A stretch of DNA of 64,000 nucleotides, taken from contig JBLWGC010000104.1 of assembly GCA_048772705.1 (NCBI GenBank), positions 372,001 through 436,000 on the forward strand, written 5' to 3'. How positions within the stretch are numbered: the stretch's first letter is position 1; every line of letters begins with the position of its first letter. Below the pieces are notes generated by a model. The model did no database searches, was not told the origin of the DNA, and saw only the letters and a program-made list of their open reading frames with translations. The stretch is from Leidyana gryllorum EB-2025a. Lineage: Eukaryota; Protista; Apicomplexa. The position numbers and the translations under genes are program-made. Positions 42,577 to 56,555 of this stretch are shown in pieces.

Positions 42577-43104
42577 TGAGTTTGACAGCCAAAAATTCTA
42601 AACTAAGATATTCGCCGACCTCGAGCAAATGGGGGAGGGCTGGGTGCAGACTGTCTGTGGGAGATGAGTCACTCTCACAATGGACTGACTGACCCCAGTT
42701 CGTCACAACTTTCTATCTTTGAGGATAAGTCTGTGTGGGCGGTACTTGGTACTTTGTACTCTCCACTTTTCTACTTTGAGTCTGTTTGCCACGTCTGTTC
42801 TACCTCCCGCCTCGTCCGATCTCTATGCAGTCTCGTGCTGACTAAAAGTCGAGTCGGCTCGGGAGACGGTCATTGGACCGCCAACGGACTCTGGGTCGAC
42901 GACGGTTGGAGATTGTCGCCCACCTGGTCGATCGAGTGTGTCGACTTTGTCTCTCCCTGTCACGGGCTCATTGAAAAGTTGGAATGGTTAGGTAGATCAC
43001 CACAGATCGGTTTGAGACTCACTCATTCCGATCTTTGGCTCGCCGGGGATGCCTGGGGCAGTGGGGGACTGCGATCGTGGACGAGTTGCTATTTTAATTT
43101 TTTT

Positions 43105-44256
43105 ATGTGGGCCTGTTGGGGAGGGGTGGCTGCTGGTCAGCCCAAGAAAGCAGCTACGCGTGGGTCTTATGTATCGCGGGCAGTGGTTTCATCAACTTCG
43201 GGTATTCCACCGTCGTGCTATGCATATCGGCCGAACCAGTGTTGGGGTTGTGGATTGGGTGCCGACAGGGAAAAGAATCTGTGTGCTAAATGTCGCACTC
43301 CAGAGCCTTTGCCTCACAGCGCTGTGGTTCAGGTCGTTCGGTATTTAGGAGACGTCGGGCTGCAGGAGTTGGACCCAGCTGAGCTGTTGCATTCGCGCTT
43401 CTTGGGTACTGCGGAAGAGATCTTTGCCTCTCACCATAAAAGGAGGGTTGCCCCAACAAAGCAGTGTCGTAGTAGTACGTATCCTGTCAAGAGCACAAAG
43501 TCAGCTTTGAAGGAGTGGGGATGCGAGGCAACGGACGAAATGACTGAGAAGTTGCTGGAAATGGATGCGTTGGATATGACGACCATACATTTATGGGTGA
43601 AGCGCCAGCCCTGTATTTGGTTGGCCGTATTTTGGTTGGAAAAGATTCTGTCTGTCAAGGAAGTAATGCGACTGAGTGCTCGGCTGCACCAATTGAGCTC
43701 CTATGCCAATCCTCGGCTGCGACCCGTTTTGGGGCGACACCGAACAGCAGATCTGTTCGCGAAGGAACTAAAGATTCGCCGAGACTTCATCAACAACCCC
43801 GGTCAATTGGGTTATTCAAGACTTACCTCCTGCTACATTGCGATCGATGAGACGGGTGCTCAACGCACCCAGGCTCGGCAGTTACAGGAAATCGTAATTA
43901 CTCCCTTCCTCCCGCACGAGTTGGCACGAGTGGTTTTGCTCCATGAGCTCGTGCACGCAGCACTTTGGCTCAAGAAACCCTACAACATCGGTGCGGGAGG
44001 GAAGCATCCATCTGAGGAGACAATTTGCCACATTGTGACGTTAGACTACATCAAAGCGCGACTCTCATTGCTGTCAAGGTCGACCTACAATGGCCAGGAC
44101 AGGGATAGAATGATACTACATCATCGCTATAAACGCTGCCAAGAGGACGCCCACAAAGACCCCTATTTTTCCAAGTGGATGCGAATCTACAATTTGTACG
44201 GATGGGAAGCCTTGGCTGACTCATTCTTTAGCATTGTTCGACAAAAAACTCTATGA
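43105..44256 (+). CDS. DA1-like zinc metallopeptidase (HExxH); ORF is open from 42664, likely start 43105
   Basis: IVITPFLP...VVLLHELVHAALWL and SEETICHIV match the DA1 LAHEMMHAWLRL / EEGICQV pattern. N-terminal CxxC...CxxC; T-tract directly before ATG 43105. Confidence 0.75.
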   Translation: MWACWGGVAAGQPKKAATRGSYVSRAVVSSTSGIPPSCYAYRPNQCWGCGLGADREKNLCAKCRTPEPLPHSAVVQVVRYLGDVGLQELDPAELLHSRFLGTAEEIFASHHKRRVAPTKQCRSSTYPVKSTKSALKEWGCEATDEMTEKLLEMDALDMTTIHLWVKRQPCIWLAVFWLEKILSVKEVMRLSARLHQLSSYANPRLRPVLGRHRTADLFAKELKIRRDFINNPGQLGYSRLTSCYIAIDETGAQRTQARQLQEIVITPFLPHELARVVLLHELVHAALWLKKPYNIGAGGKHPSEETICHIVTLDYIKARLSLLSRSTYNGQDRDRMILHHRYKRCQEDAHKDPYFSKWMRIYNLYGWEALADSFFSIVRQKTL

Positions 44257-44719
44257 ACGACAATTTATCTCTGCACTCCCTCACCACTGTGATAAGCTGA
44301 AATATTGCCTTCATGGCAGTGGTGGGTGCTCTCGTTGTCCATAAGTGTTCCCTGCACACGTTGTAACGTGCCCAGCCGGGTGGATCTGACCTGACCGCCA
44401 ACCCCCCTCTCGATCTGATGTCTGGCCGATCTCCTGAGAATAATAGCAGCGACCGACCGACCGTTATACCAGTCCCACTGTGATTATCATTCCCGATCAA
44501 CGGAGAAGAGGAGTCGGCAATAGGAGTTCTCGGCACAGTTTCAGGTCCACCGGCAGAGGAGCAGACGACGGAAGTCTGAAGAGTGGCATGGCAATAAGTG
44601 GCCAGCGTATCACTGCCTGTCACGGTGTAAGTCTCTTCATCAAGGCGATGATCTGCAATGTCGGTGGACGCCGGTCTGACGCTGGGGGGCCCTTCAGTAA
44701 AGTTGCCTGTCGATCTCAA
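44228..44719 (-). CDS. Possible hypothetical protein exon
   Basis: 163-codon open frame in an unusually large convergent gap. It has no ATG at its start and would need an upstream exon. Confidence 0.3.
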   Translation of the reverse strand: MRSTGNFTEGPPSVRPASTDIADHRLDEETYTVTGSDTLATYCHATLQTSVVCSSAGGPETVPRTPIADSSSPLIGNDNHSGTGITVGRSLLLFSGDRPDIRSRGGLAVRSDPPGWARYNVCREHLWTTRAPTTAMKAIFQLITVVRECRDKLSFIEFFVEQC

Positions 44720-44943
44720 TAAAAATTTAATATCTTAACCGCCTCAATTAGATCCGCACACATCATCTAGCCCGGGAGCGCTTTGCAGTGTTGAGCACCA
44801 GTGGAAAGTACAGTGAACGACGATGTAGCTATACGGGAATGCATACGTGCTGAAATGCATCACGCGGATTGGTCAAGGGTGGAGGTGTACGTCTGCTGTG
44901 TACGTGGGGGATGTATATATGGGCGAGTGTGCGCTCGGCTACG

Positions 44944-47214
<2,271 letters not shown>

Positions 47215-47319
47215 TCTGGTGCCTACTCTAAGTAGGAAGCATCACTTCGCTCCAGAAAAAATTCAGCAAGCTGCCCACGGTGCAGGGAAGAAGCATTCCA
47301 GTGTTTTTTCCGCGACCCG

Positions 47320-48137
47320 ATGTTCTTCAACTGGTGAGGCTTGCGCCGATTGATGTGTTCCAGTGCGATTGGACGGCAGGTTCTGGAACGTCCTCAACTG
47401 GCTGGGGTTGTCGCACAAAAATGCTAAGATCCTGTTCCTGGGACTCGACAATGCCGGCAAGACGACTCTGCTGCACGTTTTGAAGGATGACCGGCTGTCG
47501 ACTCACGTTCCTACTCTCCATCCGCGTAAGCGACCGTCTCCGAGCGGCACGTCTCCTGACAGACTCGGAGGAGCTCATCATGGGCGGTGTCAAGTTTAAG
47601 ACCTTTGACCTGGGTGGTCACGAGACCGCCCGCCGTATTTGGAAGGACTACTTTGCCACCGTCGACGGGGTGATATTCATGGTCGACGCATCGGATCGAT
47701 CAAGGTTCCGCGAAGCTAAAGACGAGCTCGACGTGAGTGGAAGACACAGATGGCCCCCATTACTTTTCTGTCTCACACAGCAATTGCTCAATTCCCAAGA
47801 ATTGTGCAACACACCTTTCTGCGTCTTGGGTAATAAGATAGATATTCGCGAAGCGGCTTCCGAAGATGAACTAAGAATGGGCCTGGGATTGCTGCAACAT
47901 GTGACCTATGGCCGAGAGGTACGCGTCTTTCGAGTCCACCATTTCCCCTTTCACTCTTTCTCCGCTCAACAGACAAGAAGATCGGACACCCAAGTGCGAC
48001 CGATCGAGGTATTCATGTGCAGCGTGGTACAGCGGATGGGCTACAACGAGGGTAAGAGGGCGTTGTTCCGATCGATCAATCAATTAATCTTTCTTTGACC
48101 TGCAGCTTTCACATGGTTGGCTCAGTTCTTGCCCTGA
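47320..48137 (+). CDS. SAR1: Small GTPase SAR1, 6 exons
   Basis: [48 protein letters not shown] and AFTWLAQFL. Confidence 0.97.
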
Positions 48138-48196
48138 ATATGAATGTGAAATGAGACCAAAAAAATAGCTTTTCGCAGCTTATCATCATCAACACC

Positions 48197-49183
48197 ATGG
48201 ATCAACATCGTGTAGTCATAGGGCACTCTTTGATCACTCCCCGCCACGACCAAATCAAAGCCGGTCCCATCTCCATTGGACCCGTCAGCCGTCCTGACAT
48301 CGAGGAGGCGGTCAAAGCTGCGGGCGGGACACTCGTCGCTCTGGGAGAAGAGACTCGCGGACTGGTCTGGTTGGTCAACAATGCTTCCGAATTCACCAAG
48401 GCCATGGCAAAGTGTCCCAACTGTCAGTGGGTCCAGTTGCCGTGGGCGGGTGTTGACAGGTTCACTCCCACACTGCAGCAATTCGCTGGCAGACGGGACA
48501 TAGTCTTTACCTCTGCAAAGGGCGCCTACGCCGAGCCCGTCGCCGAGCACGCCGTGGCTCTGACCCTCGGTGGGCTTCGTTTATTCCCCAAGAGAGCCCG
48601 CGCTTCGAGATGGGAAGACACTGAAATGGGAACGAGTCTCTATGGACTAAATGTCGTCGTAATTGGTGCTGGCGGTATAGCGACAGAGTACATTCGGTTG
48701 TTGAAGCCTTTCCGATGCACTTTTACTGTTGTCAGAAACCGAGCGGGGACTGTGGAGGGAGCCGAGAAGGTCGTGACCTTCCAGGATCTCCATTCGGTGC
48801 TCCCGTCTGCTGATGTCGTTATAATTGCCGCCCCTCTGACGCCTGCCACCACTAAAATGTTCTCCACCGCCGAATTCAAAATGATGAAGAAAACAGCGTA
48901 CATAGTCAATGTTGGTCGCGGCCCCATCATTGATACTGACGCTCTGGGTGCAGCTATTGAGAACAATGAGATCGGCGGCGCGGGCCTCGATGTCACCGAC
49001 CCCGAGCCGCTGCCAGAAGGACACCCCTTGTGGAAGGACGAACGAGTCATGATCACCCCCCACTCTGCCGACACTGAGGAGATGTGCAAACCGCTACTGG
49101 CGGCCAGAACTAAGGCTAATGTCTCGGCTCTGTTGAATGGGACGGAGTTTGAAGGTCTGGTGGATCTCCAACTCGGATACTAA
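48197..49183 (+). CDS. D-isomer-specific 2-hydroxyacid dehydrogenase (intronless)
   Basis: WVQLPWAGVD, YAEPVAEHA, VIGAGGIA, IVNVGRG, GAGLDVTDPEPLP and ITPHSA. Confidence 0.92.
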   Translation: MDQHRVVIGHSLITPRHDQIKAGPISIGPVSRPDIEEAVKAAGGTLVALGEETRGLVWLVNNASEFTKAMAKCPNCQWVQLPWAGVDRFTPTLQQFAGRRDIVFTSAKGAYAEPVAEHAVALTLGGLRLFPKRARASRWEDTEMGTSLYGLNVVVIGAGGIATEYIRLLKPFRCTFTVVRNRAGTVEGAEKVVTFQDLHSVLPSADVVIIAAPLTPATTKMFSTAEFKMMKKTAYIVNVGRGPIIDTDALGAAIENNEIGGAGLDVTDPEPLPEGHPLWKDERVMITPHSADTEEMCKPLLAARTKANVSALLNGTEFEGLVDLQLGY

Positions 49184-49237
49184 GCAGGCAGGCATTGGAT
49201 TTTTAGTTTCGTGAAAGAGGGAATGGAAGGCACAAAT

Positions 49238-49265
49238 AACACCACCACCACCACCACCACCACCA
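49238..49265. repeat. (ACC)n microsatellite between convergent 3' ends
   Basis: About 9 ACC units. Confidence 0.85.
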
Positions 49266-49486
49266 GTTGACATGAAATTCCACACCAAAAGCAGTACTGC
49301 CTATGGCAGATGGTGGCAGAAGAGTGGGCACACGCGCGCGGGCGCGCCTTCAAAACAAAGCTGTTCCTCACACGCTCGCACCCGGCAATGCACAGAGAGA
49401 ATTGTGAGCTCAAAATGTCTGATAGAAGCGAGAATCCGATGCGGCGCGCGCTGTTTGGCCCCCATTTCCTGTTCCGTCCACACCCC

Positions 49487-49874
49487 TTAGTGGCCGCCAA
49501 CTTGTTGTACCATAGCGTCAATCAAGTCGCCGTCCTCCATACCCAATTCCTCGGGAGTGTGGTCGCCACGGATACGTTCACCGTCGTAAAGGAAGCGCAC
49601 AGCATCAGGAGACTAAAGTAAGAAGAGGCGTTATGGAGAAAGGGTATTGGTGGTAGTGATAGCTTACCTGTCCGAGCCTGGCGCAGTAGGTATTCATCAG
49701 CTTCTCCATCTTTGTCTTCCGCTTGATTCGGAAGTATACCTCGTTGCCATCAACGGACCGGACCTTCAATTGAATATGAGTCTGCTCGGTGGGCTGAGCG
49801 GCAGCCGCTTCCTCAGTCCTCTCGGGGTTCTGTTCGGTGCTCTTCTCAGCGGACGGATCGTTGTTCTCAGACAT
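49487..49874 (-). CDS. SUMO: SUMO, 2 exons
   Basis: [28 protein letters not shown]...RFLYDGERI...[19 protein letters not shown]. Confidence 0.97.
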
Positions 49875-49967
49875 CCTCTCTAACTACTCCTCTCAAAAAA
49901 GAATTTCTCCTTTTTCAAATCACTCAACCCACTCGCCTAACCATTGTTCAATCTCAACTCCCATCAT

Positions 49968-52900
49968 CTAATTTAGATCACATATGGGCTCCCATTCTGC
50001 CCTCCCCCAACTCACCGCTACCATATCTTCGAATGCATTTCCACCCTGAGGCCGTACTGCCTTGGTGACACCCCCGAACTGCAGTCGGACAGCCGCCTCC
50101 CCATCTGCCCGACTTTTTCCCGTTTCCAAATTGATTACTTTCTCCTTCACCCGCTGTCGTACTCCTCGGCTCCCGCGACAATCGTCTACCCGTGGGAGCA
50201 TTAATTGCACACGCCAATATCCCGTCTCCAAAGACCGAGAATGTGTGTACACCTTCAGCAGCCTCCATCGCTTCTTCCGTAAACGCGAACAACTGAAGAT
50301 ACCTCCAGAATCTGACCCCAGTCTCTCGATCACTTTCGCTTTGACCGCGTCTGCGTTCAGTTAGTTAGTTAGCCACACCGAGTCTTCACTCATTAGCAGC
50401 CACACTCACCATTCAGAGACCGGTACAGCCGTAGAGGGCCCGGTATCAGAGTCAGCGAGAGTCCGGTTGGAGGGCTCAAACAGAGAGAGACGTCATTTGG
50501 TTTGGGCGTGTTGGACGCAATCACAACCACACGCAACTCCAACGCCGCCTTCCTCTCATCCTCGTCTCCGCAACGACAAACGAGTGCTGCCTCAACATCG
50601 CCAAACAGAGAGGCAAACGAAGCCGCCGGGAGCAACGAGACGAGTTTTCGTTGCCGATGGTTCCGCGGCCGGGAACTATACAAGGAGATGCTGTTACAGA
50701 CGAGCTCAAAGGCCATCTTCCGCTCAGACATTAGCACCAGAGAGATACCCGACAGACTGATCCGTGCCTCTTCGTCTTCTTGGAGACCGGGATAATCCGC
50801 GTCAATGTGACTCACCTTCACGCGACACGATATCATGCGTATCGGGTGAGGCCGAAGTATCACACGCGGTAACATCTCTTCGGAACAAGTAGACCCGGGA
50901 CTCACCCGACGAGAGGGTTCACGAAGCGAACTTCTCGAACCGCTCGGCGACAAAGTGTCAGAAGCCGACGTTGGCGTCGGAGGAGGTGGGGGCGGGCTGA
51001 AGAATCTGGTGGAAGTGCTGGTGGGAGAGTCCTGCGGCTGTGAAGTGGTGGTGGTCGTCGTCGTCCCGCGCAGAATAAAGGTATCTGGAGGCTCGGGCCG
51101 TCTGCGCGCTGCTTGGATGACGGACACAGAGGTGTGTCTGTGGTGATGCATCGGCGACCAGGGCGGCGACTGCACGGGCTCGGCCAAACTGGATATACAC
51201 TCAAACTGCTCCGATGGCCGCAACAACTGCTTTACACTGAGCAAATCAGGCCCATGGAATCTAAGCGGATACTCATCACGTGAGAGATAGCGATTCTACC
51301 AATGAAGCAGCAGCAGCGGCAGATTAAGTTGGGATGCCGAGTTGGGCGCTTACCAAGTCGCGCTGTACAAAATGTCGCAGAAGCCATTTGTTCCCCACAA
51401 GTATTCGCTCTTCAGGCGAGGGGGGTTTACGCTGGAAGGACAACGTGGGGGGTGCACTGAGGCCCAAGAAGGACGTAGTGGAGGCCACCAGAGCGAGACG
51501 GAAATCACTACTGATATGGTGAGGCGGCTGATCTCGATCTTGTTGGAGATACTGAGCCAGCAATTGCCACAAATGAAGAGCAGAATTGGGTGCGGAAGCC
51601 GTAGGCGAGAATTGGGACTCCAGCACTGACATTGAACATCGGCGGGCTTGACGGACTGGACGACGGAGAGCGTGACACGCTGCCCTTACGGTCGGTGAGA
51701 ATGAGCTCTCATCGCTCACACGTGGGTTTTTCTGCTCACACTTATGTTATTGGGTCGCGAGAACGTACTGAGAGGATCCGAACAGTCTCGAAGATTATTC
51801 GGAGTGTCAACCGCACTTCGTGGAACGCCACCACAGCGCATTGCCCAACCAGAGATCCTTCTGGAAGCTCAGCCTGGTCAAGATGGGATTGAAGCGGGGC
51901 GGAGTCGGAAATATCGGATGCGTGGCTTGCGTTGGGTGTGTGGCGTGTGTTGGATGTGTTGGTTGTGTGGGATGTGTTGGCTGTGTGGGTTGTGTTGGCT
52001 GTGTGGGCTGTGTGGGCTGTATAGGATGTGGATCCAGTGTCGGGTGTGTCGGGTGTGTGCTCTGTTTCGGATGTGTGCTCTGCCTCGGCTTCGTGGCGAG
52101 AGTAGCATATATTGCTGCGCTTGACTCACCAGGACAGTGCGAACCAATCGAAGACTCCGATCAGTCCAAAACCAAGCCGGAGCGCTCGCTTGCTCGAACA
52201 TGGAGGCGTCGGCTAAGAAGAAGAGTGCTGACCAAACCGACTCGCCGCCACCTTCCGCGGCTCCGTCTGCGACACCGCCGTCTGCAAACCAAGACCGACC
52301 CTCAAACATGTTCGGCCACCGAGGATGAGAGTTCCCAGGAAACTCCTCCCCACCACTATCAACATCAAACGGTTTGCTTGCCAGCTTCAGCATTCGATTC
52401 AACTCCGTCGCCATGCTGTGCAAGACAGGCGTGTTGCTAAGGGAGTTGAGCTCGGCTTCCGACATGAGTCCTGGATTCATTCCTGCTCTCCGACTGACAG
52501 CTGAACAGATCAGGTCTAGAGCCTTGACCGGATCAGTGGCTGAACAGCGCACGAGCAGCTCTGACAAGATGAGGTCGGCCCAGGCATATTTGTACCAGTC
52601 CATGAGGAGGGATGCAACTCGCTCCCCGCAGAGGCCTTCCTCGTGGAAGCGTTCCGATCCTTGACGCGGCAGGCTGACCACCCCCCTCGCGTATCGCCAT
52701 AACAACCGCACTCGTTGGCTTCTGGGCATTGTTGCGACTTGCTGCAGTGCAATTGAAGTGAAGTATCAATGTCCGTCCCATCATCGAAAGCAGTTTGAGG
52801 GAGGGGGAAGTATTGGCGCGTTTTGAAGCACGGTGGGGGTGGGGGGCGTGTGAGTGTGAGTGTGTCGAATAGTATGTAGGCATCCGCCTTATGCGAACTT

Positions 52901-54093
52901 ACACTGCATTTGAGCCATGGCCTCAAAGTGGCTGCAGCGCTTGCGTACTTGATGCGTCTGCGTAGTCTTCTCAATTGTCGCCACTGCTGATGAGTGATGG
53001 AGAAGAATAAGCCTTCGGAGGCGGAAACGGTGACGAGCATTTTCTCGACCACCCCGGGTACCTCAGACACTTTTGATCGAAAAGGGTCTCTGACCAGTCT
53101 TTGGCCGAGCTCTTCGCCAGGGCTGATTGGAGTTTTGGGGTCCGATCGATCGCTGCTCACCGGTTGAGGAGGGCTTCAATGTCGACACTGAGGTTTGGGA
53201 CCGCCCATATGATCTCTTCGTCAAGAGTGGTGTGGGAGGGGGAGTCATCGGAAGCCGCGCGCTTGCTGGTGTACAGGCGAGCCCCGGTTGATCGCAATTG
53301 GAGTCTCGATTTTTTCTGGGCTGTGAATAGATGCCCGAGGGAAGACTCGATTCTCGCGTCCCGTGATTGGGCGGCGAGACTGTCAAAAACGATGCCCCAT
53401 TTCTCATCGTCAGCTTGAAGGATAACATTGACATTACGAAACCGAACCTACGGAGGGCTGCTGTGTTGTTGAACATCCCAGTCGGCTGTAACGTACCGCT
53501 ATCCGAGGATCATAGCGTAACCAAAAGTCGATCACTCGTTGTAGTCGGCCTCTATTATTTGAGGAGCTGTCCGGGTCTTGGGTTCTTGTTCTCCTCCGGT
53601 GATCTTTGTCGCAGTCGGTGACAGGAGAGGAGGGGGGAGATGTTTGATAGGCGCTGAGTGCCACAGCAATAATTCTCTGTGCCTGGCGTAGATTATCAGC
53701 GGTCCGGATGGGAGACGGGGTACCGCCACTGGGTGCCACATCGAAGACAAGCTCGAGTCCAGTTGCACATATACTCGTAGATCCTTGTGTCAATGATAAG
53801 TTCAATTGTAACTTGGCCACCTTGCCGTGTTTCAGCGTCATGGGGGGTAAACGAGGTAACGGCCGTCTCGGATTACTGCCATTGGCCCCGGGTTTCAGGG
53901 TGAACTCTCGCACCCAGAAACGCTGGAGATCGCGATTTACTTCGTTTACATCCACAATAATGTCATGGAATACCAAACCTTGGGTTACCAAATGCCATAC
54001 ACTGATACTCTGCTTCAGATTCTGGAAGTACTTGAGAAAGACAAAATCGCCCGTTGCTTTGGCTCGAATCTTCTCCCAAGTGGACCGCCACAT
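49968..54093 (-). CDS. Chorein-N (VPS13/ATG2/BLTP-like) lipid-transfer protein, multi-exon, divergent
   Basis: The N-terminus LKYFQNL..SISVW...GLVFHDIIVD...LKHGKVAKLQLNL...ATGLELVF fits the chorein-N pattern. Downstream ORFs (51324-51719, 50393-51244, 49968-50333) link in frame through GT-AG introns. Confidence 0.55.
51915..52090. repeat. Degenerate 9-bp tandem repeat (TGTGTTGGN/TGTGTGGGN on plus)
   Basis: About 18 imperfect units. They read as T/H/N- or T/Q/P-rich low complexity on the coding (minus) strand. Confidence 0.85.
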
Positions 54094-54220
54094 ACTCCCA
54101 AACTCCTCACCAACCCAAACAAACACACTTTTCTATTCAAATCCCATCCCTCGCTTCAATCTGAAGTGCTCTGATCAGTATGACGCTTTCGGTATGGCCG
54201 GCCTCTGTCCCTCGCGATTC

Positions 54221-55603
54221 TCACAATCTCAACCGCTCGACTGTCCCGGCGTAACAAGAATTGAATGTGTCTTCGACATCTGAGCTGATCTCGTCAGAGT
54301 TCGTGGAAATGAGCCCAGTGCCCTGGCCTTCGCGGGTGGGACTCTCCAAACAGTCGTGGTACTTCTCAGTGGGAGACCCCCACATAAGCTTTCTGGACTC
54401 CTGAACTATCTGCGCGGTACGGTCGGGCGAAGCGAATCGATACGGCTTTCCCGACAATGTCGCCCCTGGCCCTATCCGAAGGGGCGACGGGTCGAGCTGG
54501 TCTGACTGCCCGAAAGTCTGCTCGGTGATGCGAGGCTCAAGAGGCGGAACACACCCCACCTGTGGATAGCGTTCACGCGCTATCGCACGCTTTCCGGCTA
54601 TGGAGTTACGGGGGGGTGCGCCCATAAGCTCCTCGAGACTAAGTGGCTTCCGCCGAGACGAATCACCCCACCTAACGCGGCCGGCCTCTTCCTTCCCTTC
54701 TAATGCAGTGAAAGGCTTCCCTCCCTTTGCTATTCGTTTGCGCTCTCGCCGTCTGCGCTCCATTGCGAGCAGCTCCTCTCGGTCCCTCCAGTCCAGAATC
54801 TCCTCAGCCCGTAGAGCTTTGATCCTTTGCGATTCTTCACTCTCAGAATCGGAACTCTCCTCGCTGAGTCCTCTCTCCTTCAGAAATCGACGCCGCCGGC
54901 GTGCCTCCCTCTCCTCCTCTGTCAACTCCTCCCCGTCTGAGGAGAACTCCCACACTTCCTGTTTCCATTCATTTTCGACCACCTCTGGGGGCTGAGGTGG
55001 TTCAAAGGATTGTCGTCTTGGGGGAGACACCTTAGGTCTTCCTGACCAGCGTCCCCTATTGGGACCTGGCCATCTTGCCCATCTTCCTTTGATGCGCCCT
55101 CGCCAAAGTTCGGGCTCGGTTGGGTCGCTATCGCTGGAGATCGCCGGCGGTTTGTACTCAAAGAGGGTATCAGTCATCTTTCGGGGTCTGGAGAGAAGTT
55201 CTGGAGATTCTGTGGTTTGATTTGTGACCAAAGGGCGGTTTGTGACTCCAGCATTCACCGCGAAAGTCCGTTTCTGCTGAGTGAAAGGGATAGTTTGTCT
55301 GGGCCGATTGAGCCCAGCGAGTACTAACTCGGCGGCCATATCCTCCTGGGGATATCTGGACTCTGGTGGCAAAGAATCGATCAGATCTTTGTGCAGATCT
55401 GAGAGCGCCTCTTCGATTTGCACCGCAGCCTTACGGCTGAGGGCTGACGATTTGCTCAGTTTCTCCACAGCTTCAGCGCTCCCGAATCGACGTATGTTCG
55501 GTAACCACTCCTCCTGGTAGGAGGAAGTCGCCGTGGTGGTGTTGTTCTTAGCCGTTTCGGCGGGAAGGGTAGCAGTGCGATTTTTCGGGTCCGGCTGGCT
55601 CAT
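54221..55603 (-). CDS. Hypothetical charged, largely disordered protein
   Basis: Single long ORF with E/R/S-rich tracts; ATG 55603 is preceded by GTGTCAAATA. Confidence 0.6.
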   Translation of the reverse strand: MSQPDPKNRTATLPAETAKNNTTTATSSYQEEWLPNIRRFGSAEAVEKLSKSSALSRKAAVQIEEALSDLHKDLIDSLPPESRYPQEDMAAELVLAGLNRPRQTIPFTQQKRTFAVNAGVTNRPLVTNQTTESPELLSRPRKMTDTLFEYKPPAISSDSDPTEPELWRGRIKGRWARWPGPNRGRWSGRPKVSPPRRQSFEPPQPPEVVENEWKQEVWEFSSDGEELTEEEREARRRRRFLKERGLSEESSDSESEESQRIKALRAEEILDWRDREELLAMERRRRERKRIAKGGKPFTALEGKEEAGRVRWGDSSRRKPLSLEELMGAPPRNSIAGKRAIARERYPQVGCVPPLEPRITEQTFGQSDQLDPSPLRIGPGATLSGKPYRFASPDRTAQIVQESRKLMWGSPTEKYHDCLESPTREGQGTGLISTNSDEISSDVEDTFNSCYAGTVERLRL

Positions 55604-55892
55604 AGTAGACAAAGGAGTGCTATTTGACACACAGTCCAATCAGAGTACGTCGTTGTCCTTCACCGCTTTGGAAATACGAACGCTTTTCCGCCGCCATTGG
55701 CGCAGAACTGCGCGTGGGGCGGCGCTTTCTCGCGTACTGCGCGTTTTGAACATGGCTACTTCTCGCGTAACACTTCTGTCAGCCTACACTATCTACAATT
55801 GCTGCTGCGGGGGACATTGATTCATTGTTCAATTCATCTTAGACTGGAAATCATTACTCGGCGGCGGATGGCCACTGGGCTTAAACCATTCG

Positions 55893-56467
55893 TTCACGCC
55901 TCAGTGGTCTCTACCGCATCCGATGGTGGTGGGATCTGGCCATTACCAGTAGGGGGTGGTGAGGGAGACTCCTCTTCTTTTCTGATACATCCGATGTTGG
56001 CTGCCTCGGGCGGTTCCTCTCCCTCTTCTGGGGCAGAGACTTGACGGTCAAAAATCTGCGTATTGACCGGCCCTCCTCTGGACTTAAATGCGCCGCAGCA
56101 CCCGCTCTTGTCTTCTGCACACTATGTTGGCAGGTATTTCGAGGTTTGTCGAGTGTACTCACTTTGCGGTGCAGTTTGTGGCAGATGTCCGCGAAATGAT
56201 GACCCCGCTGTGGGAATAAGAATCTGGACACAGTCTCGATCAACGTACAGAGGGTTGTCTGACAGTAGGTCGAACCTCATCGGCATGCGTGGTGACTCTG
56301 ATAGGGGGATGCTGAATGAGTGACTTGATGTCACTGCACTTTCTCTTGAACTCGTCTGTCTTATTGGCAAAGTTGGCCGAGCTCAATTTAAATCGAGGGT
56401 CATCATCGTCATCCGCTCGACATTGCATAGTCACATTGTCTTCAGTCAAAGAGCCAACACTGGGCAT
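55893..56467 (-). CDS. Small hypothetical protein, ~3 exons
   Basis: ATG 56467. Two putative short GT-AG introns give a continuous frame ending VETTEA*. Confidence 0.4.
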
Positions 56468-56555
56468 TTGGGGAGATATTTAATACTGCCAATTAAGCAG
56501 AGTATATGGGCGGGCGGGCCGGCCGGCCGATTGGACACAGAATTGGGACAGTCAG

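Noticed and set aside
43059-43073. AGTGGGGGACTGCG resembles the 3' stem-loop region of vertebrate U1 snRNA
   Set aside because: There is no ATACTTACC 5' end, no ATTGCAC loop and no Sm site at the expected positions, so it is treated as coincidence.
42664-43104. N-terminal extension of the DA1-like ORF
   Set aside because: It looks non-protein-like, and the typical T-tract sits right before ATG 43105. It is kept only as a possible UTR or unresolved element.
44560-44760. GGAAGTCTGA as RNase P RNA conserved region I
   Set aside because: The complementary CR-V partner needed for helix P4 was not found downstream.
51820-52440. Plus-strand ORF with (CVG)n, superficially metallothionein-like
   Set aside because: It is the antisense reading of a 9-bp repeat inside the minus-strand multi-exon gene, whose splice sites all lie on the minus strand.
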